Of a stretch of DNA of 64,000 bases, positions 27,214 to 36,900 are shown piece after piece. The translations under genes and the position numbers were made by a program. The stretch covers positions 389-64,388 of the IMG/VR virus record IMGVR_UViG_3300030433_001577; one strand, 5' to 3'. Source of the DNA: a virus. Lineage: Duplodnaviria > Caudoviricetes. The notes beneath the pieces were generated by a model. It made no database searches and had not been told where the DNA came from. It saw nothing but the letters and a program-made list of their open reading frames with translations. Positions within the stretch are counted from its first letter, which is position 1; every line of letters starts with the position of its first letter.

Positions 27214-28727
27214 TGCCAGAAGATTTAGACGTAGACGAATGGGAACTTTATGAGGCTATGGAAAAGGTAGCCCAAAGTGATGCCATAAAAGAAATAAGAG
27301 AAAAGGTTGAATTGCCACCTGTTGTAAATAGATGGGTTGAAGTTGTAGGTCAATTTTCATTACATAATGATTATGCGGCTACAATGGCTTTCTATACAAC
27401 GGTTGGACAATTGGTTAAAGACCATGTAAGAATACCTGTTGGAAAGTTAGCCCTTGATACACGGATTCATTTCTGTTGGATTCAAACAGCGAGAAGTGGT
27501 AAGACAACAATGTTTGACTTTTTATCCCCCGTTTGGGATAGAGTTTTCAAATTGATTAACAACCATCCCTTGACATTAGAAAGACCAAGAGGGCCGTTAA
27601 ATGGTGTGAATGAATTTACTCTATCAAACCCCGACGCATTTACAGACCAAGCCTTATTGGGAACAATTAAGATTGACCAACCTAATCCTGAATATGCTAG
27701 AGGTGCTGATAACGTAGACTTTGAAGGCAACCCAATACCAGAACTTATTGATATACCAATTGCAGGTGCGTTGTTTGGTTCTGGTATTATCGCCTTTGAC
27801 GAGTTTGAACATTCTGGTATTTTTAAAGAAACGCAACATAAGCAGGACACAGTAATGATGTTTCAGAAGTTTATGAACAGGTTGGATTCTGATACACATT
27901 TGATTAAGAAAAGATTGACTGAATGGGGAAGAGATTTAGTTGTAGATTGTCAAAGAAGTTTATGGGCTACTACTCTACCCCCTCAAGGTTTAGAAAAGGT
28001 AATTCTTACTAAGGGTGTATTTCAAAGAATGTGGCTTTACGTTAGAGAAGTTCCTGAATCTTTGAAGATGAAAATGGAAGAGGATTACATTGACAACGTG
28101 GGAGTTATTGATGAGTCGTCGGATGATTCTGATATATTTGCAGAAGAGTTTGCAACCATGATGTATGATATTTACAAGTGGTGTAAAGACCGCCATGAAA
28201 AGACGGGCGATAAGCGAAAGGTTGTTATCTGGTCCGACGATGCAAAGAAGGCTCTCAAGGTTGTTTGGAAAAGTATGCGTAAATACATGGATGGTTTTTC
28301 AGACCACATCTTTGAAGCATTGAATACTTTCCTAATGAATACTTTGAACAATGTTAGTATAGCCGCAGGTATTTGCGCTATTGCTGAAAAGAGCCCAACC
28401 ATTGAGCGACGACACGTTATGCAAGCCAAGTCATTAACAGACAAAAGTTTTGATTCAATCACAACATGGTTTAGCAATAAGTTAAAGAAGAACCCCAAGC
28501 GAATACAGGAAAAGGGAAGAGAAGCAATTATCATCAAGGTGTTTGAAAATTGCCCTAAGAAAGATGGGTGGGTTTCTAAAACACAAATGGTAAATACATA
28601 CATGAAGATGACTCAAAAGGGTAGAGCAACTTTCTATCGAGAATGGGATAATGTAGAACATCTCTTCGATGAAAGAAGAATAAATGGTAATAGAGTTCAA
28701 GTAAGGAGGAAGCAAAATGAAAAGTGA
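27213..28727 (+). CDS. AAA+ (MCM-like) putative replicative helicase
   Basis: Walker A QTARSGKTT, Walker B IAFDEFE, C-terminal wHTH; placed after primase and nuclease. Confidence 0.6.
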   Translation: MPEDLDVDEWELYEAMEKVAQSDAIKEIREKVELPPVVNRWVEVVGQFSLHNDYAATMAFYTTVGQLVKDHVRIPVGKLALDTRIHFCWIQTARSGKTTMFDFLSPVWDRVFKLINNHPLTLERPRGPLNGVNEFTLSNPDAFTDQALLGTIKIDQPNPEYARGADNVDFEGNPIPELIDIPIAGALFGSGIIAFDEFEHSGIFKETQHKQDTVMMFQKFMNRLDSDTHLIKKRLTEWGRDLVVDCQRSLWATTLPPQGLEKVILTKGVFQRMWLYVREVPESLKMKMEEDYIDNVGVIDESSDDSDIFAEEFATMMYDIYKWCKDRHEKTGDKRKVVIWSDDAKKALKVVWKSMRKYMDGFSDHIFEALNTFLMNTLNNVSIAAGICAIAEKSPTIERRHVMQAKSLTDKSFDSITTWFSNKLKKNPKRIQEKGREAIIIKVFENCPKKDGWVSKTQMVNTYMKMTQKGRATFYREWDNVEHLFDERRINGNRVQVRRKQNEK

Positions 28728-28908
28728 AGTAGCGAGAGAGTTTGCCAATTATCTCAGAATGGAGTTAGAAAAGGAAGAAATCATTGACTTGTTCCTATAT
28801 TGTGTTGATGCAGAACTAGCGGAAAAGGTTAATAAACTTGTATTATCTGGTTATAATCATCAAGACATACTTAACGTTCTGAGAATGGTGGTGGAGACAA
28901 ATGAATAA
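28717..28908 (+). CDS. Hypothetical protein
   Basis: ORF track. Confidence 0.55.
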   Translation: MKSEVAREFANYLRMELEKEEIIDLFLYCVDAELAEKVNKLVLSGYNHQDILNVLRMVVETNE

Positions 28909-29494
28909 TATACTAGCGATTGATATAGAAACAGCGAATACTGCGGCTGATATTGGAGGTTGGCAAAATACCCATATGTGGAAAATTTCCTGCGTAACTA
29001 CAACGGATGGAATTAACAATACGGTCTACATTGACGAACCTGTAAATGTAGATAATGCGGTGGTAAAGTCGCTTAGACAACTGAAGTTTGATTTAGATGA
29101 CCACTTTCAAAAGGGTGGTAAGTTATTGGGTCATAATATTGTGGCCTTTGATTTGCCCGCATTGAGAGATTCAATGGACATTTTTATTGCAAGAAAATAT
29201 CTTGAAGGTAAAGATACTAGATGCATTGATACTAGCCGTCTTATGACAAAGGCTAGTGGTAAGAGAGTGCAGTTAGATAATTTGGCTAAGTGTAATTTGG
29301 GTGAAAAGAAAAGTGGCGATGGTTTGACCGCAGTAAGATGGTGGGGAGAAGGTAAGTATGAAGAGGTTGCGAAGTATTGCCTTTTAGATTCTCAATTGAG
29401 CCTAAATGTGTATAAGATGGGCGTTGAGAATAAAAGCCTTAAATTCTTCGATGAAGAAGAGGGCGATTATGTTATTACCAAATTAGATTGGTAA
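28901..29494 (+). CDS. DEDD-type 3'-5' exonuclease (DnaQ/RNase H-like)
   Basis: LAIDIET, GHNIVAFDL, YCLLD. Confidence 0.85.
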   Translation: MNNILAIDIETANTAADIGGWQNTHMWKISCVTTTDGINNTVYIDEPVNVDNAVVKSLRQLKFDLDDHFQKGGKLLGHNIVAFDLPALRDSMDIFIARKYLEGKDTRCIDTSRLMTKASGKRVQLDNLAKCNLGEKKSGDGLTAVRWWGEGKYEEVAKYCLLDSQLSLNVYKMGVENKSLKFFDEEEGDYVITKLDW

Positions 29495-29515
29495 ATATTT
29501 ATGAAAAAAATTTTT

Positions 29516-29558
29516 AGGGTGTCCTTCCCCTTCGGGGGAGGGGCATCCTATTTTTTTT
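29516..29558 (+). terminator. Strong hairpin plus T-tract at the convergence of the two arms
   Basis: 15-bp stem AGGGTGTCCTTCCCC / GGGGAGGGGCATCCT (with G-U pairs) around TTC, followed by T9. Confidence 0.75.
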
Positions 29559-29723
29559 GGTTTCTGACCCGATTTAAGCGCATTTTTTTAGACCTAGAAA
29601 AAAGCGTTTTAGAAATAGCAAAAAGTAAAAAGTAAAATGAACATTCGAGCGCAACTAGCATTAAAAAATTTTTGCCTGTAAAACACGTTGTTTCGTTTAG
29701 GGCAGTTATACAAACCTCAAGGT

Positions 29724-30356
29724 TCATTCAGAGAAAACCCCCAAATTTCTTGCTCTAACTTGCCTATTTGGTAAAAATACCTGACCCATTGTATTATTCA
29801 ACATTTCTAAAATAATTCTAATTTCTCTATTGCTATCGTCCATTTTATCAAAAAAATCATATATTGCTCTATTAACATTAGCGGGCATTTTTGTATTTCC
29901 TGTAATATCAATTTCGTCTTTTTCTAAATCAAAATTCTTAGGGATGATGTCATAATATATATGTCTGATAAGTTTTCTAGCACCCGTTTCATAATAAGTT
30001 GAATTATCTAAAAATGTCTGACCCCCAAACATCATGTTTGTTATCATTTGGCTAATTAATTCATTTACACGACTTACAATAAATTGTTTAATATCTCTAT
30101 CATAACCCACCTTTTGAGCCACTCGTTCATAAAACTCTCTAGCCACAGGTCCATATTTTGTAGTTGGTAAATCGTCTAAATCAAATTTATCAGAAATATT
30201 TCCCGTTTGTAAAAACTCTTGAATCTTTTGCCCTGTCCTATTTGTCTTAGGTCTGTCTTTAATGAATTCTAAAATCCTACGGTGCTTTTCCTTAGACTCT
30301 TCATCTGTATGATTATACAAATTTTCGTCAAATTTAAGGACCGTGCGCCAATCCAT
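29724..30356 (-). CDS. Hypothetical protein with N-terminal WxxVLK tag
   Basis: MDWRTVLKF... Confidence 0.7.
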   Translation of the reverse strand: MDWRTVLKFDENLYNHTDEESKEKHRRILEFIKDRPKTNRTGQKIQEFLQTGNISDKFDLDDLPTTKYGPVAREFYERVAQKVGYDRDIKQFIVSRVNELISQMITNMMFGGQTFLDNSTYYETGARKLIRHIYYDIIPKNFDLEKDEIDITGNTKMPANVNRAIYDFFDKMDDSNREIRIILEMLNNTMGQVFLPNRQVRARNLGVFSE

Positions 30357-30373
30357 TTAACCACCTAATAACA

Positions 30374-30766
30374 TTAAGGTTGTTCAATTTTAACTGCTGG
30401 CATACCATTCAAATTTGCACCAGTGGTTTGCACTTTATAACCTTCTTTTTTATACAAATCACCTATTGTATTTACAATAAATTGTCTATTCATTCCCAAT
30501 TCTGGAACTGTTTCAAGATGTATTTGAAAATAAACAAAAGGATTCTGTGAGCCAGCCTGACCTACTTTTTCATGTTTGTTTGAGTCTCCAGTAAAACCGA
30601 TATATATTGGTAAATTTTCTAATGCAGGTTGTTGCCCAATAAATTCACCCAATGCTGTTTCTATGGTTTTACTTTCATAATCGACAATTGCTTCGTTATA
30701 GTTTTTGTTTCTTGTTTCTCTAGACGCTAGAGGTAGCGGTGCTTTTAATATCTTTTCCCATTTCAT
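30374..30766 (-). CDS. Hypothetical protein with N-terminal WxxILK tag
   Basis: ATG at 30766, one base after the upstream stop: MKWEKILKAP... Confidence 0.7.
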   Translation of the reverse strand: MKWEKILKAPLPLASRETRNKNYNEAIVDYESKTIETALGEFIGQQPALENLPIYIGFTGDSNKHEKVGQAGSQNPFVYFQIHLETVPELGMNRQFIVNTIGDLYKKEGYKVQTTGANLNGMPAVKIEQP

Positions 30767-30767
30767 T

Positions 30768-31169
30768 TTATTCATCCTCCAATGTTTCTTCAACTGGGTT
30801 TGTCATAATACCCAAATTGACTCTTCTTTCTTCTGCATCCATTAAGTTGCGATGCTCAAGTTCTTTCAATGCCATTACACGGTCATGTTCAGCCCGTAGA
30901 TTAGCAATTTGTTGATTTTGCATTACCAAATCTGGATGTAGATTAATTTCCCCTTGTTGCTCGGACTTCCACAACTCAAGCATAGAAGTTACAATAAGGA
31001 GAGCAGGTCCACCGATAATAGCCAATAGAGTAGCATACCCGTCAATATCATTAATAACTTTATCATCTTGCAATCCCGAATAGATGACAAGGCAAGCAAA
31101 TGCTACCCATGCCAATACAATTGGAACACCAATCAACAACATCATTCTATCGTTAAAACTCTTATTCAT
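30768..31169 (-). CDS. Two-TM membrane protein (holin-like/egress candidate)
   Basis: Two hydrophobic helices then a charged coiled coil. Confidence 0.55.
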   Translation of the reverse strand: MNKSFNDRMMLLIGVPIVLAWVAFACLVIYSGLQDDKVINDIDGYATLLAIIGGPALLIVTSMLELWKSEQQGEINLHPDLVMQNQQIANLRAEHDRVMALKELEHRNLMDAEERRVNLGIMTNPVEETLEDE

Positions 31170-31449
31170 TTTTTTCCCTCACACTATATAGTCTGTATAA
31201 ATTACCATTAGGTTTTCTCATAAAATCCCTATAACTAATTACAAAATCACCATTGGGGTCTTCAGCATCCTTCTTTAATATAAAATCTAATTTTACCTCA
31301 CTTGGGAAGAATCTAAACTCACTCCCTACTGCGTCAATAATTTGTCGTGCGCTCATAGGATTATTATTATGCTGACCCATATATTCTATAACCCTACGTC
31401 TTTGGTTTGCCATCAACGTTTTTGCTTTTAGAATTACTTCCCAAGTCAT
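31162..31449 (-). CDS. wHTH-like protein with N-terminal WxxILK tag
   Basis: MTWEVILKAK...VIEYM...PMSARQIIDAV...LYRLYSV. Confidence 0.6.
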   Translation of the reverse strand: MTWEVILKAKTLMANQRRRVIEYMGQHNNNPMSARQIIDAVGSEFRFFPSEVKLDFILKKDAEDPNGDFVISYRDFMRKPNGNLYRLYSVREKNE

Positions 31450-31655
31450 AGTAGATTAACCCCCGTCAATGCGGTAACACCTACCAACACTATTGAAAGA
31501 ACAGTCTTCTTTAATAAATTTATGTCTTTCTCGATATGGTAGAGATGATTATTTTTGATTGTTTCAACCGATTGATGCAATTCGTTAAAGTTAGAAACTA
31601 ACCAATTAATCTTGCCATCAGTATCTCGATTTAGAACCTCATCCAAATCATCCAT
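31446..31655 (-). CDS. Coiled-coil protein with C-terminal TM anchor
   Basis: HLYHIEKDINLLKKTVLSIVLVGVTALTGVNLL. Confidence 0.6.
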   Translation of the reverse strand: MDDLDEVLNRDTDGKINWLVSNFNELHQSVETIKNNHLYHIEKDINLLKKTVLSIVLVGVTALTGVNLL

Positions 31656-31671
31656 ATATAAGACTCCCCCA

Positions 31672-31686
31672 TTCGACTATTTAAGG
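31672..31686 (-). promoter_or_regulatory. Putative late promoter TTAAATA-GTCGAA
   Basis: Minus strand CCTTAAATAGTCGAA ~29 nt upstream of ATG 31655; ATAGTCGAA core shared with 61993..62008. Confidence 0.45.
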
Positions 31687-31693
31687 TTTAATA

Positions 31694-33565
31694 TTAATTG
31701 AGAACAATTGCCATATACTGAGTAGAACTGATATGGATAACTGTATATATTTTTCCTGTTGCTAAAGTTAATCCAGCAGAAGCATTTCCAATAGTTGCCC
31801 CCGTTGCATCAATAATTAAATCAGAACTGCCCGTTACATCCAGTGATAAATTGTCCCCACCACCTGCATTATTTTTGACAATTATTCTCATTTCCCACCC
31901 TTGATGTGCGCCACTAGCCGCAGGTAAAGTTAATGCTAATGCACCGCCACTTGGGGGAGGGCCAGGAGAAAATGTTTGAGTATCAGCGATAATAGTTCTA
32001 TGTGTAGAAGAACTTAAGTTTAAAATGGGCTGTGCAGGTGAACCTGTTACTTCTGTTACTGAACCTAAATATGCTGCTGCACCAACCCCCCCACTAACGG
32101 ATAATTTTTCTGTTGGGGTATTTGTTCCAATACCTACTCTATCATTTCCTGCATCAGTAAAGAATAGATTTGCCTCAGAACTTCCTTCAATTCTAAAATT
32201 AGCATCAACACCACCCTCATTAAAAACAAAACCACTATTACCGCTTAATCTTAACATTTCTACTCCATCTGTTCCTTGACGAGTTACATAGAAAATCAAT
32301 CTTCCGTCTTCTGTTGTAGTATCGGCATCTTCTGAATCAGCAAAGAAATGTGCAAAAGTGTGGATATTGCCCGCAGTATCTCTCGCTTTGAATTTAACAT
32401 GACCAATATCTCTAGAATCTGCACCAGTAGCAGTGCTTCGGTAAAAGACTAATTCAGGTTCACTAGCAGTTGTTCCAGTATTTTCAATAAGAATAGTAGG
32501 TTCAGAAGCATCAGCATCACTAAGATGTAACAATTCTGTTGGACTATTTGTTCCTATACCAACATTCCCATCGGTATGAATTCGCATTCTTTCCGCTACT
32601 GCATCAGTTCCACTAATTTTTGTATTAAACTTAATTGCAGAAGTTCCTGTTCCATCACCACCACCCGAACTAAGAATTAAATCACCACCATTTTGGTCAG
32701 CCGAACCAGTAGGGGCTGAACCTGCGGATATGGTTAAATCTCTTCCATCAGTTCCCGAACTTGTTGTTGCTACTTCTATTGTAGCATTTTGCCCATTGCC
32801 AAAATCAATATCTCCACCTGTAATTGTTAAATCAGTTCCAACACTTAAAGTCCCCGCTACCGTTGTAGCACCTAACCCATCTACTGAAAATACAGTCGTA
32901 TCTCCTTCATCACCATCTGAGTCATCATCTGATAAAATTTCAAACTTTTCATCAGCAGTATTATCGGCCAAAATAAATCTAATGTCTGCATTGGCTACTT
33001 TATTTTTAAACGTAGTTCTATCGGCAGTAGCGATAATAGACATGGCTTCAGTATATCCGCTATTATCATAGCCAATTGAAATAGAATTTTTTGACATATC
33101 CATAGTAAAGGTTTGAAATGAATAATCAAATTTATCGTCATCATTTCCTGCTGAAATATGCACTAGTGCAATTGGAATATAACCTGCCGTAATATCTGAA
33201 ACCAGTGGGGTTGTTCCCGCAGTTCCTTGAACAATTACTAGTTCAGGCGTAGCGGGATTTATTAATACCCAATCATATCTACTGTGTGTTGCATCTTGAA
33301 CGGTTGAAGTATATGCTTCTGTTAGTGTAACTGTGTGATTAACAAACTCTCCCCTTTTGTAAAACTTGATAGGTTGGGCTAGATTATATTGTGTATAAGT
33401 TCCCCCATCTGTAATTGTAAATCCTGCATGACTAATGCACATATCTCCTTGTGCAAATGATTCTAATACTTTAATAATACCAGAATGTAATTTGTCTGTT
33501 CCGTCTACCAATCCTTTAGATGGCGTTGCCGCCAAATCTGTTATCTTACCTATATTACTTACCAT
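31694..33565 (-). CDS. Tail fibre / receptor-binding protein
   Basis: G/T/D-rich; fibre repeats RIHTDGNVGIGTNSPTELLHL and NDRVGIGTNTPTEKLSV. Confidence 0.75.
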   Translation of the reverse strand: MVSNIGKITDLAATPSKGLVDGTDKLHSGIIKVLESFAQGDMCISHAGFTITDGGTYTQYNLAQPIKFYKRGEFVNHTVTLTEAYTSTVQDATHSRYDWVLINPATPELVIVQGTAGTTPLVSDITAGYIPIALVHISAGNDDDKFDYSFQTFTMDMSKNSISIGYDNSGYTEAMSIIATADRTTFKNKVANADIRFILADNTADEKFEILSDDDSDGDEGDTTVFSVDGLGATTVAGTLSVGTDLTITGGDIDFGNGQNATIEVATTSSGTDGRDLTISAGSAPTGSADQNGGDLILSSGGGDGTGTSAIKFNTKISGTDAVAERMRIHTDGNVGIGTNSPTELLHLSDADASEPTILIENTGTTASEPELVFYRSTATGADSRDIGHVKFKARDTAGNIHTFAHFFADSEDADTTTEDGRLIFYVTRQGTDGVEMLRLSGNSGFVFNEGGVDANFRIEGSSEANLFFTDAGNDRVGIGTNTPTEKLSVSGGVGAAAYLGSVTEVTGSPAQPILNLSSSTHRTIIADTQTFSPGPPPSGGALALTLPAASGAHQGWEMRIIVKNNAGGGDNLSLDVTGSSDLIIDATGATIGNASAGLTLATGKIYTVIHISSTQYMAIVLN

Positions 33566-33566
33566 T

Positions 33567-33911
33567 TTAATCTACCTCTATTGTAATAATAAAATTTACT
33601 TCGTCTGTTGCTGAAAGTGGTCCAAAGCCGTCATAGTTTACCCTAATTAACATCTCGTTGCTTGAATTAAATATCCCTACTTCTTTAATTGTTTGTCCTA
33701 GATAGTCAGACCCACTTATAGTAATATTAAATTCTAAAGTAGTTTGCCCAACAGACCGAACACTATTTACATTTTGAAGAGTAGTGTTAAGTGGTGAATC
33801 TAAATTTGAAGCATTCGGGTTAGTAGAATCTCCGCCCGAACCAACGTTATATTTAGTGAAATTGCTTTGCAAATAATCTTTAATATCTGTTCTTCCTGCT
33901 CTTGTAATCAT
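33567..33911 (-). CDS. Tail-fibre attachment/collar-like small protein
   Basis: MITRAGR...GSGG...IKEVGIFNS...pattern of gpH N-terminal-type domains. Confidence 0.55.
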   Translation of the reverse strand: MITRAGRTDIKDYLQSNFTKYNVGSGGDSTNPNASNLDSPLNTTLQNVNSVRSVGQTTLEFNITISGSDYLGQTIKEVGIFNSSNEMLIRVNYDGFGPLSATDEVNFIITIEVD

Positions 33912-36900
33912 ACTCCTACCTCCGAATTAAATCCTATTGTGTAGCCAAATCCTATTGTGCTTGTTGTGGTAATACCTGAGGTTAGCGTGGCCGTAGATTT
34001 GACAAATTTAATATTGACCTTATCCCTCTTGATTCTAGGAATGGTCGTGGATGTATAAACTTTTTGTTTTGTGAACCCTTGTAGATTTCTAATTTCACCC
34101 AATAGTAGTGAGAATGTTCCTGCCAAATCCTTTGAATATTCAGATAGGATAAACTTAGTGGGTCGGCCAAATTCCTTCTCAGTTTCAATGACCAAGTAAT
34201 CACCTCTCGGAATATTCTGTTCTTCAAACTCCAATTCAATAATATGTCCAGGTTTTAGGAATGGCACGTTATCCGCCACTTCAATTTCAATTGATGTATT
34301 GGCTGTATTGAATACGTCGAGATATTGTATTGCCTTGAGGTCGGCCTGTCTTTGGTCTAAGATAGAATAGTCATATATCTCTTTTGTTTTAACCGTTCTA
34401 TTAGTATCTGTGGTGCTAATTGGATTTCTAGCAATACCCCTAACCCCGTCGCCAATAACAATTACTTCGTCAAAGTTATCCAATAGGGAAACGTCATTAC
34501 TAATTGAGGTAATTTGAAAATCCGAGTTTTTGGAAGATAAGACAATGTTTCTATACTTTTTCTCATCCTCCTTGTCCACAATCTTAATCTCTTCCCCATC
34601 CACCAATATTTCTTTATTTTTGTAAGACAGTAAATTGTTAGCGGCTGAATATAGGGATTGCCCTGTAAAATTAAATGCCCCGTAATATTTATCATCTTCT
34701 GTATCTTGTGTGTAAGAAATATCGTTAATAGTAAATGCATCATTAATTGCCGATTCTATTTCATCTACAATTTTAAACGATGCTCCTATACAAGCAGTAG
34801 TTGGGGTAAAAGCGGGAGATTTACTTACTGTAACAGTAAAAGTTGTTCCGAAGGAAGGAGTGCCTAGCAGTTTTTTTACTTCAGAAAACTGCATTTGTTT
34901 GCTACCTAGTTGGCTAACAGAAGTAATAAAAGAATTAACACCATCGGTAGCGTTCATTCTTATAGGCGAAGTCGAAATTGTCGAGGGAATAATAATCCCT
35001 GTTGTATTCCTAGTTTCTAAAAAGTTGCTAGATAAATCCCCATCAGGGTCAATCAAAACATACATTGATTTAACCCCGTTATTATGTGTGTCCATAATCA
35101 TTCCTGTGCCATCATTAGCAGCATTTATTCTGTTAGCATTTATACCGTATGTTTGCATTTTATCTTCACCGCAAGTTTTAGTATATTCAATTTTAGGAGT
35201 GGCAAGAGTAATTGTTTTAGGAGAAAAATCATACATACATACTTGATTAATTCTCATAGGTCTTAATACATCGTCATCAGTGAGGTCGCCTGTGTTGTCT
35301 ATTTTAATCAAATGTCTAAGCACGTTAGGTTCACTTCTATTAATTTCATGGGAAATAACTTTATGTAATTCTCCTTGTGTTTCATTGTAAAAATAACACC
35401 CTGTAAGATTGTTGCAATAATTTATCCAATCCATTTTTGTTACTAATTCTGGAGTTCTAGCCAAATCAAATTTTAATATTTCTTCCGTAGAAGTTAGTGT
35501 GTTATCATCTCCATCATCAATTCTCATAGATGAAGTAACCTTAATAAATGGCCTAAAGAAAATTTCTCCTGCATAGATATGTGTTCCATTTGTGGTTGCA
35601 TCCACGTTATAATTTTCACCCATAATTCCCTGTGAAGCAGTAGCAAAATCCATCATAATTGTTTTGTTCCACCACAAGGTATGGGCAGATTCTGGTCCTT
35701 TATACACATAAGATACCTCTTTAATATTGTTAGTGTTAGTGGTAAATTTTCCTTCATTAACAACACCTGATAAAGTTGCCCCCTTATGTCTTTTAATTTG
35801 TTCTGGTAAAGGTTTATGCTGACTAAACATTTCTGGCACATCATAAAAGGCTGCTATTACTGTATCTAAATTATTAAAATTAAGTCTGTCTTCGCTATCA
35901 TTATAAGCACGGTGAGGTATAATACTGTTTGGATAATGAGAATACACCAAAGGTTCATTTCTACCATTTACATCAGTAACCCAATTAGAATTATAATCTC
36001 CGCTGATAAATGATAACGCATTTCCAGATGGGCTAAAACCTTGTATTGTAATATTTACTCCATTTTCGGTTGCTAAAGAAGGGGTAACTAATGTTGTTCC
36101 ATCTTGAGAACCTATTAGTTTTAAAGTCAAAGTTGTGTCAGTATTAGATACAACCTTGTATAGTCTATTATCAGGACCATTGCTTAGTCCACTTACTTCA
36201 ATAAAAAATTCATCTTGTCCTTGTGCTGTAAAAAGTCCTTGTCTTACTCCCGTAAATGTAGGACTTGAGGCGGTAATACTAGAACTAGAATTATGATTAG
36301 GTGAAACTTTAATAGTGGTGGATGTAGGAACTTCAATAATTACATAAACATCGGTATGAGAAGAACCCCATCTGATAACCTGTCCTACTTGTAAATTATG
36401 TGCGCCACCAGTAAATGTTAGGGTATCAGAACCATTACCGTCTATTGTTCCACTACCAACGCCCGCCCAAGAACCTAAATTGGGGTATTGATTTGTAAAG
36501 GAAGTTCCGATTTTTGTTTCAATGTGATTCTTAAAAAAGTCAGTTAATCTAGAATTACTATCCGTAAGTGTGATAGTATTACCAGAAACATTAGCATTGA
36601 CCGTCATCTTAAATGGGTGAGGGTCATCTTGAACTCCCAAAACTGAAATTCTCCTGTTCATTTGGGTGTAAGAGTTTATTCCATTTTTACCAATAAACAT
36701 TGGTGTTTTTACAATTGAACTAAAAGTGCCACTTTCAGATTCTTGAAATGTGTCTTTAGCGGTAGCACTAGCATTATCCGATTCGTAGTCGCTGTTAGCA
36801 AAGAAAACTGTTTTATTATAATTGTGATTATTTTCGGTTGTCTTTTCAGGATAATATGGAACAACAGAATCCCTTGTTAGTAACATTTGATTTTTACTGT

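Noticed and set aside
31694-33565. Diversity-generating retroelement target in the tail fibre
   Set aside because: No reverse transcriptase and no TR/VR repeat pair seen; the GIGT repeats are ordinary fibre repeats.
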